Shown here: positions 28,637-38,807 of the stretch, piece after piece
How positions within the stretch are numbered: the stretch's first letter is position 1
Layout: each line of letters opens with the position of its first letter
Origin: an uncultured Gammaproteobacteria bacterium
GTDB taxonomy: Bacteria; Patescibacteriota; Patescibacteriia; UBA9934
Assembly (NCBI GenBank): GCA_964599455.1
Contig: CAZREA010000002.1
Coordinates: 51,810 to 115,809, forward strand
Direction: 5' to 3'
DNA length: 64,000 nt
Program-made: the position numbers and the translations under genes
Notes under the pieces: generated by a model
Databases searched by the model: none
The model's input: the letters and a program-made list of their open reading frames with translations, nothing else
What the model was told of the DNA's origin: nothing

Positions 28637-29281
28637 ATGCGCGACTATTTTTGGCACATCATGATTTCTCTCGGCATTCTTGCCGTCATTGTGGTCGTTT
28701 TTCTCATTAGCTCGCTGCGCTTTTCTGACTCCATCACCTACACCGATGAAGAAACACTCACTACCCCCAGCGTCACCGTTGCCGACCCACAACGAGGCAA
28801 TACTGAGGCAAAAGTACGCATCGTAGTGTTTAGTGATTACGCCTGTCCGAGTTGCGCTACACTCGACACCACACTGCAAGCACTTTCAGAAAAATATCCC
28901 GATGATCTTTTGGTTGTTTGGAAAGATATGCCGAATGATACACGTTATCCGCAAGCCATCCCGGCAGCCATCGCTGCACGCTGCGCGGGCGAACAAAAAC
29001 AATTCTGGGCCTATCACGATCTCCTCTTACAAAATCAAGCTCAACTAGGAGACGAGCTGTACAGCGGCATTGCCACTTCTCTTAAACTCAACGAACAAAC
29101 CTTTAATCGTTGCCGCGAAACCGAAAGCACTAAACCCCTCGTTGAACGCACCTTCAATGAAGGTATCGCGCTCGGTATCACCGCCACGCCGACTGTATGG
29201 ATCAATGACGAACGATACACAGGATTAACGAGCACATCTGAACTTGAACGTGCTTTCAAAACTGCTCTAAATAAAAAATAA
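28637..29281 (+). CDS. DsbA-like thiol:disulfide oxidoreductase (thioredoxin fold)
   Basis: N-terminal TM and the CPSC active site (VFSDYACPSCATLD). Confidence 0.8.
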   Translation: MRDYFWHIMISLGILAVIVVVFLISSLRFSDSITYTDEETLTTPSVTVADPQRGNTEAKVRIVVFSDYACPSCATLDTTLQALSEKYPDDLLVVWKDMPNDTRYPQAIPAAIAARCAGEQKQFWAYHDLLLQNQAQLGDELYSGIATSLKLNEQTFNRCRETESTKPLVERTFNEGIALGITATPTVWINDERYTGLTSTSELERAFKTALNKK

Positions 29282-29285
29282 TTCT

Positions 29286-30680
29286 GTGTCTTTTTCTCGT
29301 ACTCTCTTCTCTTCCCTTTTGCTGTGCATACTGACAGCTCTTTTTCCTTTTTCTCAAGCTCAAGCTGCCATAAGTTGCTCGACCAATGTATCGTGCATCT
29401 GTTCGGGAAGCATGGACGATGGCACGGTTCCGGGAAGAGAGTTGAGTTATGATTACGCAAAAAGCAAGGAGTCTTGTTACGAACGGTGCGCAGCCTTTGG
29501 CAGCATATCGTACGAACTGCAGTGCAATGGAACTACGCTTGAACAGGGCAATATTCAGCAACTGGACTCAGTAAATACTTCCCGTGTTGATGAAAAAAAA
29601 ATTCCTAATCTCAATGTCGAAATTCCGGGATTAACAGAAGAAGAATTGGAAGCCTCCGTCACTACCGATGAGCAAGGCAATATTGAAACTAATCTTATTG
29701 GCGTCTATGTAAATGCCGTTTTCATGTACGGCATCGTGGTGGCTACCATCGTCGCCGTCGTAATATTGATGATTGCAGGTTTCCAATACATGACCGCGGG
29801 AGGGAATAAGAAAGGTGTCACCCAAGCCAAAGAGCGGATTCGTAATACGGTCATTGGCCTCATTCTCCTTTTAAGTTGTTACAGCATTGCCTTTTTAATC
29901 GATCCACGCACCACGCGTTTTAGTCCGCTATCGTTACAAAATATTGATGCCATTGAATACTTCCCCCCGGAAGGAGAGGATCTTGATCTCACACCCAATG
30001 ACAGCTTAACCGGTGCAACTGAAGCCATGTCCGGCAATTACTTAAACGCCCCCAGCGCATATATGCGCTACCCTGCCGGAGCACGACTTGATGGAGAAAC
30101 CTTGGAGGCGCTTCGAGAAGCTGCGAAGGATTTTTATACAACCTATAAAAAACGGATTGTCATTACCTCGGCCACGCGTGATTTAGAAAAACAAGCAAGA
30201 CTTTTTTATAATAATTGCCTCAAAACTGGCGGTGTTTGCTCGATACCAACTTGTAATCCGGCCAGTAGCAGCGTCATTTTGAAACAAGATGGTTTATACA
30301 AACTCACCGGTACCCTTCGGGGCGTCACCAATGGCACTACCATCATTACGGAGATGGTGGCCAATGCCAAATACGGCAACTGTCCCCACACCTCAGCCGT
30401 TGCCATTGATGCCTGGTGTGACGACGGTGGATCAAACTATCAACACAATCCTACTTGTCAGGCAAATCTCATTACCACCATGATTAAACATGGATTTTGT
30501 CGTCTCAAATCCGAAGTTTGGCATTTTGAATTGAATACCAAAAAAGTTTCCACCAATTGCTCAGCCAGTAATAGCTCGATCATTTATAGCACCGCCAATT
30601 CTGGCAATGTCGCCCCTCCTGCAAATTGCCAAAAATGGGATTTTAAAAAACATACGTGTATTGTAAAGGTGGTGGAGTGA
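29286..30680 (+). CDS. secreted Cys-rich protein with a VirB2/TrbC-like two-TM hairpin and a C-terminal M15 (VanY-like) peptidase domain
   Basis: Signal peptide ending FSQAQA; about 10 Cys in the first 80 residues; TM-KKG..AKERIRN-TM hairpin typical of T4SS pilins; then M15 motifs ITSATRDLEKQARLF, HTSAVAIDAW and EVWHFEL (compare SGYRS..Q, SxHxxGxAxD, EWWHFE). Confidence 0.55.
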   Translation: MSFSRTLFSSLLLCILTALFPFSQAQAAISCSTNVSCICSGSMDDGTVPGRELSYDYAKSKESCYERCAAFGSISYELQCNGTTLEQGNIQQLDSVNTSRVDEKKIPNLNVEIPGLTEEELEASVTTDEQGNIETNLIGVYVNAVFMYGIVVATIVAVVILMIAGFQYMTAGGNKKGVTQAKERIRNTVIGLILLLSCYSIAFLIDPRTTRFSPLSLQNIDAIEYFPPEGEDLDLTPNDSLTGATEAMSGNYLNAPSAYMRYPAGARLDGETLEALREAAKDFYTTYKKRIVITSATRDLEKQARLFYNNCLKTGGVCSIPTCNPASSSVILKQDGLYKLTGTLRGVTNGTTIITEMVANAKYGNCPHTSAVAIDAWCDDGGSNYQHNPTCQANLITTMIKHGFCRLKSEVWHFELNTKKVSTNCSASNSSIIYSTANSGNVAPPANCQKWDFKKHTCIVKVVE

Positions 30681-30762
30681 TGATATAGAAAGTGATCGGT
30701 TAAAGCGGTAAAAACGTTTAACCGGTTAACCAATTTGATCGCCTTAACCACTTTAACCGTTT

Positions 30763-32067
30763 ATGTTTACCTGCTCCCACTGCGACACCCAATACCCCAA
30801 ATGGACCGGGCGATGCACCGAATGCGGCAAATGGGGCACGATTATCGATGAAGATGAAACTGCGTCCAGCGCAATGACCACCGCACCCACAACCACCAAA
30901 AAAGGACAAAAGAAAACCAAGGCCGCACCCGTCATTTCTCTAGCACATGCCCAACATCTCACAGCGGTGCGCGAAGAGACCGGGATTGTCGAATTTGATC
31001 GTGTTCTCGGGGGTGGATTAGTTGCAGGATCAGTAACACTTCTTGCAGGCGAACCGGGCATCGGAAAATCGACACTCGTTGCGCAACTTGCAGGAGCACT
31101 GAGCACTCATAAGAAAACGGTATATTACGCCTCGGGCGAAGAATCGGAAGGGCAAGTGCAACTGCGCTGCAAACGCCTTGCGATTCCCACCAAACAGATC
31201 GTCTTCTCCAATACTGTTGACGTTGCCAGCATCATTGCCGCAGCACAAACACAATCATTGTCGCTTCTCATCATCGATTCGATTCAAACCATGTATGTAG
31301 AAGAAGTTGATGCGGTCCCCGGCTCTCCGAATGCAGTAAAGGCGGCGACTGCACAACTGGTTGGTTACGCCAAGGCAAAAAATGTGCCGGTGTTAATTAT
31401 TGGGCAAGTTACGAAAGAGGGGTCAGTTGCTGGTCCCAAAACACTCGAACATCTGGTTGATACAGTACTTACTCTTGAAGGTGATCCGGATGCACCCTAT
31501 CGCATGTTGCGCGTTGCCAAGCATCGTTTTGGCAGCACTGAAGAGATTGGCGTTTTTGAGATGACCGAACAAGGTTTGGCAACCGTTGAAAATCCTTCGG
31601 CACGTTTTTTGGCAGAGCGAGTGCCCGGTGCGGGATCGGTTGTTTGTGCCATCATGGATGGCAACCGACCGTTTCTGGTTGAAGTACAGGCACTTGTGGA
31701 AAAAAGCTTTTTTGCTAATCCGGTACGCCGCACATCAGGCTATGACAATGGGCGTTTACAAATGCTCCTTGCCATTATCAATAAACGTGCTGGCGTGCGA
31801 TTGTACGATCAAGATGTCTACGTCAATATTGTTGGTGGCGTAAAGGTCAATGAAAATGCTGCTGATTTAGCCGTTGCGGCAGCGATTATCTCTGCTGCGC
31901 AAAATAGAACCTTTGCCAAAGAGACGATCTTTTTTGGTGAAGTTGGACTTGGTGGAGAAATTCGCACCGTCCCCTTTCATGATCGTCGAGCAAAAGAAGC
32001 TGAGCGATACGGTTTTACTACGATCATGTCACCAAAAACGATGAAACAGGTAAAAGAACTTGTTTAA
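30763..32067 (+). CDS. radA: DNA repair protein RadA (Sms)
   Basis: C4 zinc finger (CSHCDTQYPKWTGRCTECGKWG), Walker A (GEPGIGKSTL), KNVPV and a Lon-protease-like C-terminus. Confidence 0.95.
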   Translation: MFTCSHCDTQYPKWTGRCTECGKWGTIIDEDETASSAMTTAPTTTKKGQKKTKAAPVISLAHAQHLTAVREETGIVEFDRVLGGGLVAGSVTLLAGEPGIGKSTLVAQLAGALSTHKKTVYYASGEESEGQVQLRCKRLAIPTKQIVFSNTVDVASIIAAAQTQSLSLLIIDSIQTMYVEEVDAVPGSPNAVKAATAQLVGYAKAKNVPVLIIGQVTKEGSVAGPKTLEHLVDTVLTLEGDPDAPYRMLRVAKHRFGSTEEIGVFEMTEQGLATVENPSARFLAERVPGAGSVVCAIMDGNRPFLVEVQALVEKSFFANPVRRTSGYDNGRLQMLLAIINKRAGVRLYDQDVYVNIVGGVKVNENAADLAVAAAIISAAQNRTFAKETIFFGEVGLGGEIRTVPFHDRRAKEAERYGFTTIMSPKTMKQVKELV

Positions 32068-32100
32068 GGGATTTTTCCATGCTATTTTCCTTACAGAAAT

Positions 32101-32493
32101 ATGCCTCCTCTCTCTCCCTTACAGTACCGTTGGTCCTTGGTAAAGAAAGCGCTTTTCGGAGATCATGAAATTATCTACGAAGTTTTGGTGCATCATAAAA
32201 ATAATCTGCCTGCAAAAAATGTAGAAGTTTCTTGGCAAAGAGATGGTGAATATATTGTCGGAACAATCATGACAGGCGGCGAAACCTACATGACCCAAGC
32301 GCGTTCAGCTCAGGAATTTGTAGAAATGGTTAATGACGCACTCTATGCGGCATATGAGGTTCCTCAAGAATACGCTCAGCAACTCGGAGGATATTATCGT
32401 CTCATGCCATCAGCGGATGAATTTAACAGATTGAATAATGTAGCGATCAAAAAGTCGTCGCTCAATTTTGATAGAACAGCTATAGCTGCATAA
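32101..32493 (+). CDS. hicB: HicB-like antitoxin (UPF0150/RNase H-like fold)
   Basis: DGEYIVGTIMTGGETYMTQARSAQEFVEMVNDALYAA resembles the HicB core (EGGY..F.DIPEA.TQGET..EA...A.DAL); it sits immediately upstream of a HicA-like ORF. Confidence 0.45.
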   Translation: MPPLSPLQYRWSLVKKALFGDHEIIYEVLVHHKNNLPAKNVEVSWQRDGEYIVGTIMTGGETYMTQARSAQEFVEMVNDALYAAYEVPQEYAQQLGGYYRLMPSADEFNRLNNVAIKKSSLNFDRTAIAA

Positions 32494-32499
32494 ATTCCT

Positions 32500-32751
32500 A
32501 TGGGGGAATATGCCGATGTCAAACGCAAAAGAATACTTAAGCTCCTGAAATGGTTGGATGCGCAATCAGGTTTCTCAATAGATCATGGCGGCAATCATCA
32601 GTGGAATGTAAAACATGTTTCGTGGCTAAGACCATTCCCCATTCCCTTCAAACATAATATTGTGAACAAACACATCATAAAAGCACTGATGGAAAAGGTG
32701 ATAGAAACAACTGTCTGTACGAAAGAGGAATTTGATCAACGATTAAAATAG
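32500..32751 (+). CDS. hicA: HicA-like mRNA interferase toxin
   Basis: GGNHQWNVKH...RPFPIPFKHNIVNKHIIKALMEKV matches the HicA pattern GSNH..L.H....P.H...I....I.K.L. Confidence 0.5.
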   Translation: MGEYADVKRKRILKLLKWLDAQSGFSIDHGGNHQWNVKHVSWLRPFPIPFKHNIVNKHIIKALMEKVIETTVCTKEEFDQRLK

Positions 32752-32847
32752 GGAAAGATGATTCAACGAGTCGTCTTTTTTTAAATTCTTGACCATAGAT
32801 TTTGAACTGCTACCCTGGTACCGCCTTTTGGTAGGAGGATATACTTC

Positions 32848-33732
32848 ATGAGAATCAGTCGAGAACTTTCACGACAAGATGCGGAAAGAGCCGCACAGTC
32901 GCTTCGGGAACTTTTGCCAAACGGGGAAATTCCCCGCGTGGCCGTCGTTCTCGGCAGCGGCTGGGGCGATGCTCTTCCTTTGCAGGTTGCTCATGAGCGG
33001 CCCCTGCACGGAGGAGTGTCAGGCTTCGAGGACCTCGAACCTCATCCAACCCACGCGCGCAGAGTGCGTGTCGGAACCGTCAACGGAATATTGGTGATTG
33101 CGCTCCAAGGGCGCATTCATCTCAACGATGCGCTTCCGGGAACGACGGAGGAAGGTCGAATCTACGCCATGACGCGTCTGCAGGTGGAGATGCTGTACGC
33201 CCTGGGCGTACGCACCTTCATCCTGACCTGTGCCGCGGGTAGGTTGAGACCGAAGGGAAAGCCGCTGATCCCGGTAGGCAGCCTGGTGGTCATGGACGGT
33301 TTCGTGACCGGTTTTGCTCCGGCTATGCCGGGATTCAGTGGTGAGTTCCGAACCGCTGAAGATCTCCTCATCCACGAAAAGGAGGTGCTCAACGCCATCA
33401 AGAAAGGCGCACGGAATAATCCAAAAGTTCGAGTCGGCGGCTACCTCATGGTTCGCGGCCCGTTCTTTGAGGGGCGGAGGTACGACAAGCGGGTATATGC
33501 CAATACCGGCGCAAGCGTCATTGGCATGAGCGTGCTGCCCGAGGCAGCAGCACTCGCCGCTGCTTCGATGGGACGCGAGTCGTGCCGCATCGTAGGACTC
33601 GCCTTCGTCAGCAACGACGAGAAAGAGGTACACAGCGACGAAGAGATCCGTCGTCGTGCAGGCGAGTCGAGCGTCAAGCTCGGCGGGGCGCTCGAGCGCC
33701 TTATCGCGTACCTCGACACGAATCCGCAGTGA
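32848..33732 (+). CDS. purine nucleoside phosphorylase family protein (PNP/MTAP family, PF01048-like), GC-rich
   Basis: VVLGSGWGD, ALQGRIH, LTCAAGRL and GMSVLPEAAALA motifs; about 60% GC. Confidence 0.75.
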   Translation: MRISRELSRQDAERAAQSLRELLPNGEIPRVAVVLGSGWGDALPLQVAHERPLHGGVSGFEDLEPHPTHARRVRVGTVNGILVIALQGRIHLNDALPGTTEEGRIYAMTRLQVEMLYALGVRTFILTCAAGRLRPKGKPLIPVGSLVVMDGFVTGFAPAMPGFSGEFRTAEDLLIHEKEVLNAIKKGARNNPKVRVGGYLMVRGPFFEGRRYDKRVYANTGASVIGMSVLPEAAALAAASMGRESCRIVGLAFVSNDEKEVHSDEEIRRRAGESSVKLGGALERLIAYLDTNPQ

Positions 33733-33776
33733 CCGTAGGCCCATGCTGCACTCACGTGCGGCATGGGCCTTCATGT

Positions 33777-35852
33777 TTATTCCAGATGCACCGCCTCGAC
33801 GTATTCTTGTAATTTATTTTTCAATGGTGGGAAAGCGGTGAGTTCGGGACTTTGGTCAAGCAGTTCTTTGGCAAAATCTTTGGCGTACGACATTAAATCA
33901 ATATCTTCACGCGTGCCAAGCGCAAATTGCTGGAAGCCTGATTGCTCGGTACCAAAAATATTCCCGCCACCGCGCAATTGCAAATCTTTTTCCGCCAAAT
34001 CAAAACCATCTTGATTGTCTTCAATCGCAAGCAAACGCTCACGAGCAACTTCTCCAAGCACGCCTGAAGGATGCAAAAAACAATAACTCTGATCATCACC
34101 ACGCCCGACACGACCACGCAACTGATGCAGCTGCGCTAAACCAAATCGCTCCGCACCTTCAACATACATCACGGTTGCATTTGGCACGTCCACTCCCACT
34201 TCAACAACGGTTGTAGAAATAAGCATATCGGCTTCACCTTGAGCGAAAGCACGCATGACATCGTCTTTTTCTTTGGTTTTCATGCGACCATGGAGCATGG
34301 CAATGCGATACTTTTTAAAAGGACCAGTCACAAATTCTTTCATAACTTCATGTACTGAATTTGCTCCCAAGGCATCCGATTCTTCAATGAGCGGACAAAC
34401 GACAAACACCTGACGACCCGCATCCATTTCGGTACGCATGCGCGAAAATGCTTCTTCTTCCCGACCAAGATCGGTAATTTTCGTTAAAATCGGCTTTCGG
34501 CCAGCAGGATATTCATCCAAAATCGAACGATCCAAGTCTCCATAGAGCACAAGCGCGAGCGAGCGAGGAATCGGTGTTGCCGTCATCGATAACAAATGCG
34601 GCACCACCTCTCCACCCCCATGCTTATCTTTTAATGCCTGGCGCTGACGCACACCAAAACGATGCTGCTCATCAACGACCACTAATCCCAGTCGATCAAA
34701 AAAGACATCTTGGGTTAACAAGGCGTGCGTACCAATGACAATATGCACGGCGCCATTTTTCAGTGCGGCGAGCAGTTGTGCTTTGGTGACCTCCTTATCA
34801 CCAATGCGACGCTTTGTGCGTGTATAGAGTGCGATGGAAAGTTTTTTGCCAAACAATTTTTGCAATGTTTGGGCGTGTTGTTCGGCAAGAATTTCCGTTG
34901 GGGCCAATAACGCAGTCTGCAATCCTTCCTGTGCGGCATTCAAGGCAACAAGTGCCGCTACAATCGTTTTTCCACTTCCCACATCACCCTCCAGTAACCG
35001 ATTCATGGGCTCAGGTCGATCCATGTCTTTAATAATTGCCCAGATGGCTTTTCGCTGCGCTCCAGTTAACTGAAAGGGTAAATCAGCAACCGCTTTCTTT
35101 ACGACATTTTCAACAAAAGGAACGCGAGGCGCGCGATGCTGACGTAAATCACGCCGACTTTTCGCATGCAATAATTGATATAAGAAAAATTCATCAAACT
35201 TCATGCGTCGTAACGCACGATTTTTGTCTTCCGAAGTAGGAGGAAAATGGAGTAAAGGCAACGCCTCATGCAAAGTAAGTAAATCAGCTTCTCTCATGAT
35301 GCGCTCAGGAATCCATTCTTCGACTTCTTTTAGCGCAGAAAGAGCTACCTCGACAACCTTGCGACGCATTTTCTGCGTCAAACCACCGGTCAATTTATAA
35401 ATCGGCATGATACGACCCGTTTCCTTTGCACCCTTTGCGGTACCTAATACTTCGTAGACGGGATTTACCAATGAAAGCCCATACCGATCATCAACTTTTC
35501 CCGCCAACGAAACAATCTGTCCCGGTTTCATGATTTTAGTAAGAAACCCCTGATGGAACCATATACCTTTGATTGAAGCGCTACCGTCGCTTACTAATAC
35601 TTCCGTAATCATCATGCGTCCATTTTTTGCACCTTTACGATTTTGAATCGCCATGACACTTCCTTGTACCGTTACTTTTTGTCCTGGCTTTACATCGGCA
35701 ATTGCAAGTGTATGGGAAAGATCATCGTAACGAAAGGGGAAATCAAAAAGCGCATCTTTTACTGTTTGTATACCAAGACGCGTAAAATCTTTAGCCTTTG
35801 CGGCACCAATGCCCACGATTAATGAAATATTGCTCGTTAACCGAAATGCCAT
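33777..35852 (-). CDS. recG: ATP-dependent DNA helicase RecG
   Basis: Wedge/OB N-domain and SF2 helicase motifs (GDVGSGKT, DEQHRFG, SMTATPIPRSL, QLRGRVGRG). Confidence 0.95.
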   Translation of the reverse strand: MAFRLTSNISLIVGIGAAKAKDFTRLGIQTVKDALFDFPFRYDDLSHTLAIADVKPGQKVTVQGSVMAIQNRKGAKNGRMMITEVLVSDGSASIKGIWFHQGFLTKIMKPGQIVSLAGKVDDRYGLSLVNPVYEVLGTAKGAKETGRIMPIYKLTGGLTQKMRRKVVEVALSALKEVEEWIPERIMREADLLTLHEALPLLHFPPTSEDKNRALRRMKFDEFFLYQLLHAKSRRDLRQHRAPRVPFVENVVKKAVADLPFQLTGAQRKAIWAIIKDMDRPEPMNRLLEGDVGSGKTIVAALVALNAAQEGLQTALLAPTEILAEQHAQTLQKLFGKKLSIALYTRTKRRIGDKEVTKAQLLAALKNGAVHIVIGTHALLTQDVFFDRLGLVVVDEQHRFGVRQRQALKDKHGGGEVVPHLLSMTATPIPRSLALVLYGDLDRSILDEYPAGRKPILTKITDLGREEEAFSRMRTEMDAGRQVFVVCPLIEESDALGANSVHEVMKEFVTGPFKKYRIAMLHGRMKTKEKDDVMRAFAQGEADMLISTTVVEVGVDVPNATVMYVEGAERFGLAQLHQLRGRVGRGDDQSYCFLHPSGVLGEVARERLLAIEDNQDGFDLAEKDLQLRGGGNIFGTEQSGFQQFALGTREDIDLMSYAKDFAKELLDQSPELTAFPPLKNKLQEYVEAVHLE

Positions 35853-35918
35853 AATCGCACATCACAAGAAAAAGATCTTGGCGATTATATCGCGTTTGTG
35901 AAAAAAGGCAAGCTCTCC

Positions 35919-36476
35919 CTACTTCCTCGCTACGTATACCGTCAGTGGCGGAATGTTCCACCAGATCATAAAATGTTTTACTCTTGAAAAAGATAAGGGG
36001 AGATATTTGGCAATAGTATGCGTAAATTGAAAAATCAAAAAAATGCCCTCTGGCTTCAGGACGTGGGCCGTGGCCCGTACAATGGTATTGGCAAGTTCGG
36101 GTGTAAAAAAAGAAAACGGAATGCTCGAAATCACCGCATCTACCCCCTCCACTTCATGTTCTTTCACGATATGTGCAACATTCTGCGCCAAACCACGCAC
36201 AATAACCACTCGTTCATCATGACTAAATTTTTCTTTCAGCTGCAACAAGAATGTTTCATTTTGTTCAATAAGAATAAGACGTGAGGTTGGACTCATACGT
36301 CGGGCAACCTCACCTGATACCGGACCAAGACCGGGGCCATATTCAACAACCACGACTGGCTTAGAAAAATCGAGTTGATCAACAATCTTTTTTGCTGCCG
36401 ATGGCACCGTTTGCACAATCGATGCAACATTTTTGAGATCCCGAAAAAACGTGGAGAGAAACTTTAATGCTTCCAT
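35919..36476 (-). CDS. class I SAM-dependent methyltransferase (rRNA adenine dimethylase/Erm-like fold)
   Basis: VVEYGPGLGPVS glycine-rich SAM motif; start taken at the internal ATG at 36476. Shorter than KsgA. Confidence 0.55.
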   Translation of the reverse strand: MEALKFLSTFFRDLKNVASIVQTVPSAAKKIVDQLDFSKPVVVVEYGPGLGPVSGEVARRMSPTSRLILIEQNETFLLQLKEKFSHDERVVIVRGLAQNVAHIVKEHEVEGVDAVISSIPFSFFTPELANTIVRATAHVLKPEGIFLIFQFTHTIAKYLPLSFSRVKHFMIWWNIPPLTVYVARK

Positions 36477-36489
36477 AGCGCCCAGCAGT

Positions 36490-37350
36490 TTACTTGCTTG
36501 GTGGTATTTCTTCAACATCGGGCCTGGTCGGCATAGCAAAAATAGGAGGCGGAGGTAAAGATACGTACTCATTATCGTCGTTATCATCCTGATTACTATC
36601 CCCTTTCCCAGAAGAACTATGGTCTTGAGCATCACTTAACGCATGCTTCATCGCACCTCGTACCTCATCTTCATCAGGCACCTCCTCTAAATCAGGTCCG
36701 GAAACGGGAGTAATAGCGGCATCATCACTGATATTCTCCTCGTTCAAACCTTGCAACGTTTGATCAAACTCTTCGGCTAAAGCATCAAAAAAAGCTCGGA
36801 GGAGCTCCGTATCACCCGACTGTTCACGTACATATCGCCCAATGCCATTAAAGTCTAACTGTTGAAAAACCATCAGTGCGTCAGGATCAGTATCATCTCC
36901 TTCATGAATACGAAATGCTGACTGCTGACAAATTTCCAGAATATCTTTCATTACTTGCCTTCTTTCAGAAAATGGGAGTGCTTCAAGAATTTCTCTTGCT
37001 TTTGTAGTGAGGTGGTAATGAAATTGCGACAAAAGAACGCCATCAAGTGCCTGCATCGCTTGCTCAAGATCGGCAGTATACACGTCTCGTTCCGAAAGGA
37101 TGCCCAGCAACATGCGCTCAGCGGCCTTCATGGTTTGCTCATCCCATCCATTTTTTAAAAGGGTGAGGAGCAAATGGTCTAGTCGAGCTTCGATACGCAT
37201 ATACGCTTCACGCTCGCTTCCTGACGCTTTTGCGGCAAGTTCACGAGTCTTGGCACATTCGACGGTAACTTTTGCAGAAAAGGTATCAAATTCCCTTGAT
37301 TCTTTCTGGCGCATCGACTCTGATCTGCCTGTTTCTTGAAATGGAGGCAT
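36490..37350 (-). CDS. hypothetical acidic protein
   Basis: 286 aa; Asp/Glu-rich C-terminus; no recognised domain. Confidence 0.4.
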   Translation of the reverse strand: MPPFQETGRSESMRQKESREFDTFSAKVTVECAKTRELAAKASGSEREAYMRIEARLDHLLLTLLKNGWDEQTMKAAERMLLGILSERDVYTADLEQAMQALDGVLLSQFHYHLTTKAREILEALPFSERRQVMKDILEICQQSAFRIHEGDDTDPDALMVFQQLDFNGIGRYVREQSGDTELLRAFFDALAEEFDQTLQGLNEENISDDAAITPVSGPDLEEVPDEDEVRGAMKHALSDAQDHSSSGKGDSNQDDNDDNEYVSLPPPPIFAMPTRPDVEEIPPSK

Positions 37351-37461
37351 AAAAATGATTTTTTATAGCATAACAGAGAGCTGTTCAAAGAAAAATGATG
37401 CCCCTTGAAAACTCAGAGATTCACAAAATTCTTCTTTTCTGGCAGACTATGTTCGCATCCT

Positions 37462-37549
37462 GGTGGGGTGCTCGAGTGGTTTAAGAGGACAGTCTTGAAA
37501 ACTGTTGTGCTGAAAGGTACCGCGAGTTCGAATCTCGCCCCCACCGCCA
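37462..37549 (+). tRNA. tRNA-Ser (anticodon UGA), class II with long variable arm, CCA encoded
   Basis: Acceptor ggtgggg/ccccacc; anticodon stem acagt/actgt with loop cTTGAAa; long variable arm; T-arm gcgag-TTCGAAT-ctcgc. Confidence 0.8.
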
Positions 37550-37554
37550 AGAAA

Positions 37555-37590
37555 AAGTCTCGGTTTGTGCCGAGGCTTTTTCTTATTCGC
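37555..37590 (+). terminator. rho-independent terminator after tRNA-Ser
   Basis: agtctcgg...ccgaggct hairpin followed by TTTTTCTT. Confidence 0.65.
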
Positions 37591-37622
37591 AAGCTTTGCT
37601 ACAGTCCGCTGCGGAGGTGAAC

Positions 37623-38174
37623 ATGGACGATATTCTCGTCGTTGGTGTCCTGCAAGATCTTCCGGGCGCGGTGAAGATCCTGGAAGAGGGTCTCAATCGC
37701 GACGGCCCAGCGGCAAAGCGTGGTCCGCTGCGGCAGTCCGCCATCAACTCGGCGTTTCGTGGCAACGGTCGCGTAATTGCTGTGTTCCACAATGAGGTGA
37801 TCGTCGCCTGGGCACAGCTCGCAAACATCGACTTGCTCTATGGCCCGTCGTTCGTCGAGCTGTGTCGATATTGGGGCGACGATCACTACATCGCTTCGAA
37901 CATGTTCAAAGTGCTCCTGACCGAAGCCTGTCATGTAGCGCTCGATGAATGGGACGCGATCCAACTCAACTGCACGGTGTGGCAGGAAACAATCCTTCCA
38001 AGCTTCATGCACATGGGGTCGCGTATCCTCAGAGATGAAGAAGGAAAGGTGTGGTACATATGGACGGCGACTGTCGGATCGTCGCCCGTCGATGAGCAAC
38101 TCGTCTTCGACGATGAACCCAAGCTCCCCCACATCCTCGATCGCGCTCGGTGCTTCCGCTTCGTTCGCTCCTAA
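37623..38174 (+). CDS. GC-rich hypothetical protein directly downstream of tRNA-Ser
   Basis: Shine-Dalgarno GGAGGTGAAC then ATG at 37623; 183 aa; about 58% GC; followed by hairpin gcagaccc-ttca-cggggtctgc at 38184-38215. The antisense ORF 37599-38132 is judged spurious. Confidence 0.45.
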   Translation: MDDILVVGVLQDLPGAVKILEEGLNRDGPAAKRGPLRQSAINSAFRGNGRVIAVFHNEVIVAWAQLANIDLLYGPSFVELCRYWGDDHYIASNMFKVLLTEACHVALDEWDAIQLNCTVWQETILPSFMHMGSRILRDEEGKVWYIWTATVGSSPVDEQLVFDDEPKLPHILDRARCFRFVRS

Positions 38175-38270
38175 AACCCTCTTCGCAGACCCTTCACGGG
38201 GTCTGCTTTCGTGTCTATTTCGTATTTCACTTCGAATTGAACAAACGATCTATTTTCGACCTTTCAAATG

Positions 38271-38639
38271 TCATTCTCGTTCATTTCTTTTATAATCTTC
38301 GATATATACATTCCTTAATACAGATGCAAGTTCGTCGGAATCTGTATCAACGAATGCTTTTGCTAATAATTTCATTCTTCGCTCGTGTCCTTCATCTTTC
38401 AGCGCTCGAATTCTTGTATCGAGAACCATCCGACCCTCATCAAGCTGATAAGCAGCACTTTCGCTACGCTGCATATCAGCTAGAAGAACGCGAAGTCGAC
38501 TTTTCAGATCTGCCAGGGTTCGTTTCTCTTCTTCTGAATAAACCCCGTCTAGCTCTGGTAAAACCCTGCGAATATCGTCAATGGTCAGCATAAGATAGGT
38601 TAATTTTTCTTTCCATAGAAAGAATAGAATATCTTGCAT
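38271..38639 (-). CDS. hypothetical protein
   Basis: 122-aa charged, helical ORF. Confidence 0.35.
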   Translation of the reverse strand: MQDILFFLWKEKLTYLMLTIDDIRRVLPELDGVYSEEEKRTLADLKSRLRVLLADMQRSESAAYQLDEGRMVLDTRIRALKDEGHERRMKLLAKAFVDTDSDELASVLRNVYIEDYKRNERE

Positions 38640-38807
38640 CTTCTAACAACCACCTCCTATCCATTCACCTCAAATTGCCATCCTCTCCCGATAACGTCTT
38701 CGGTGGAATTGATCTCTAGCGAGTGTCATAAAACCAATATGAACGGCTCGTGCAGTCGTTTTTATGTTACAGTACTTTTGAAAATCTGATCATAACATGC
38801 ATCAATC

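Noticed and set aside
37599-38132. 177-aa minus-strand ORF antisense to 37623-38174
   Set aside because: The plus-strand gene has a Shine-Dalgarno and ATG and a more protein-like composition. The minus ORF lacks a ribosome-binding site and would collide with the tRNA terminator.
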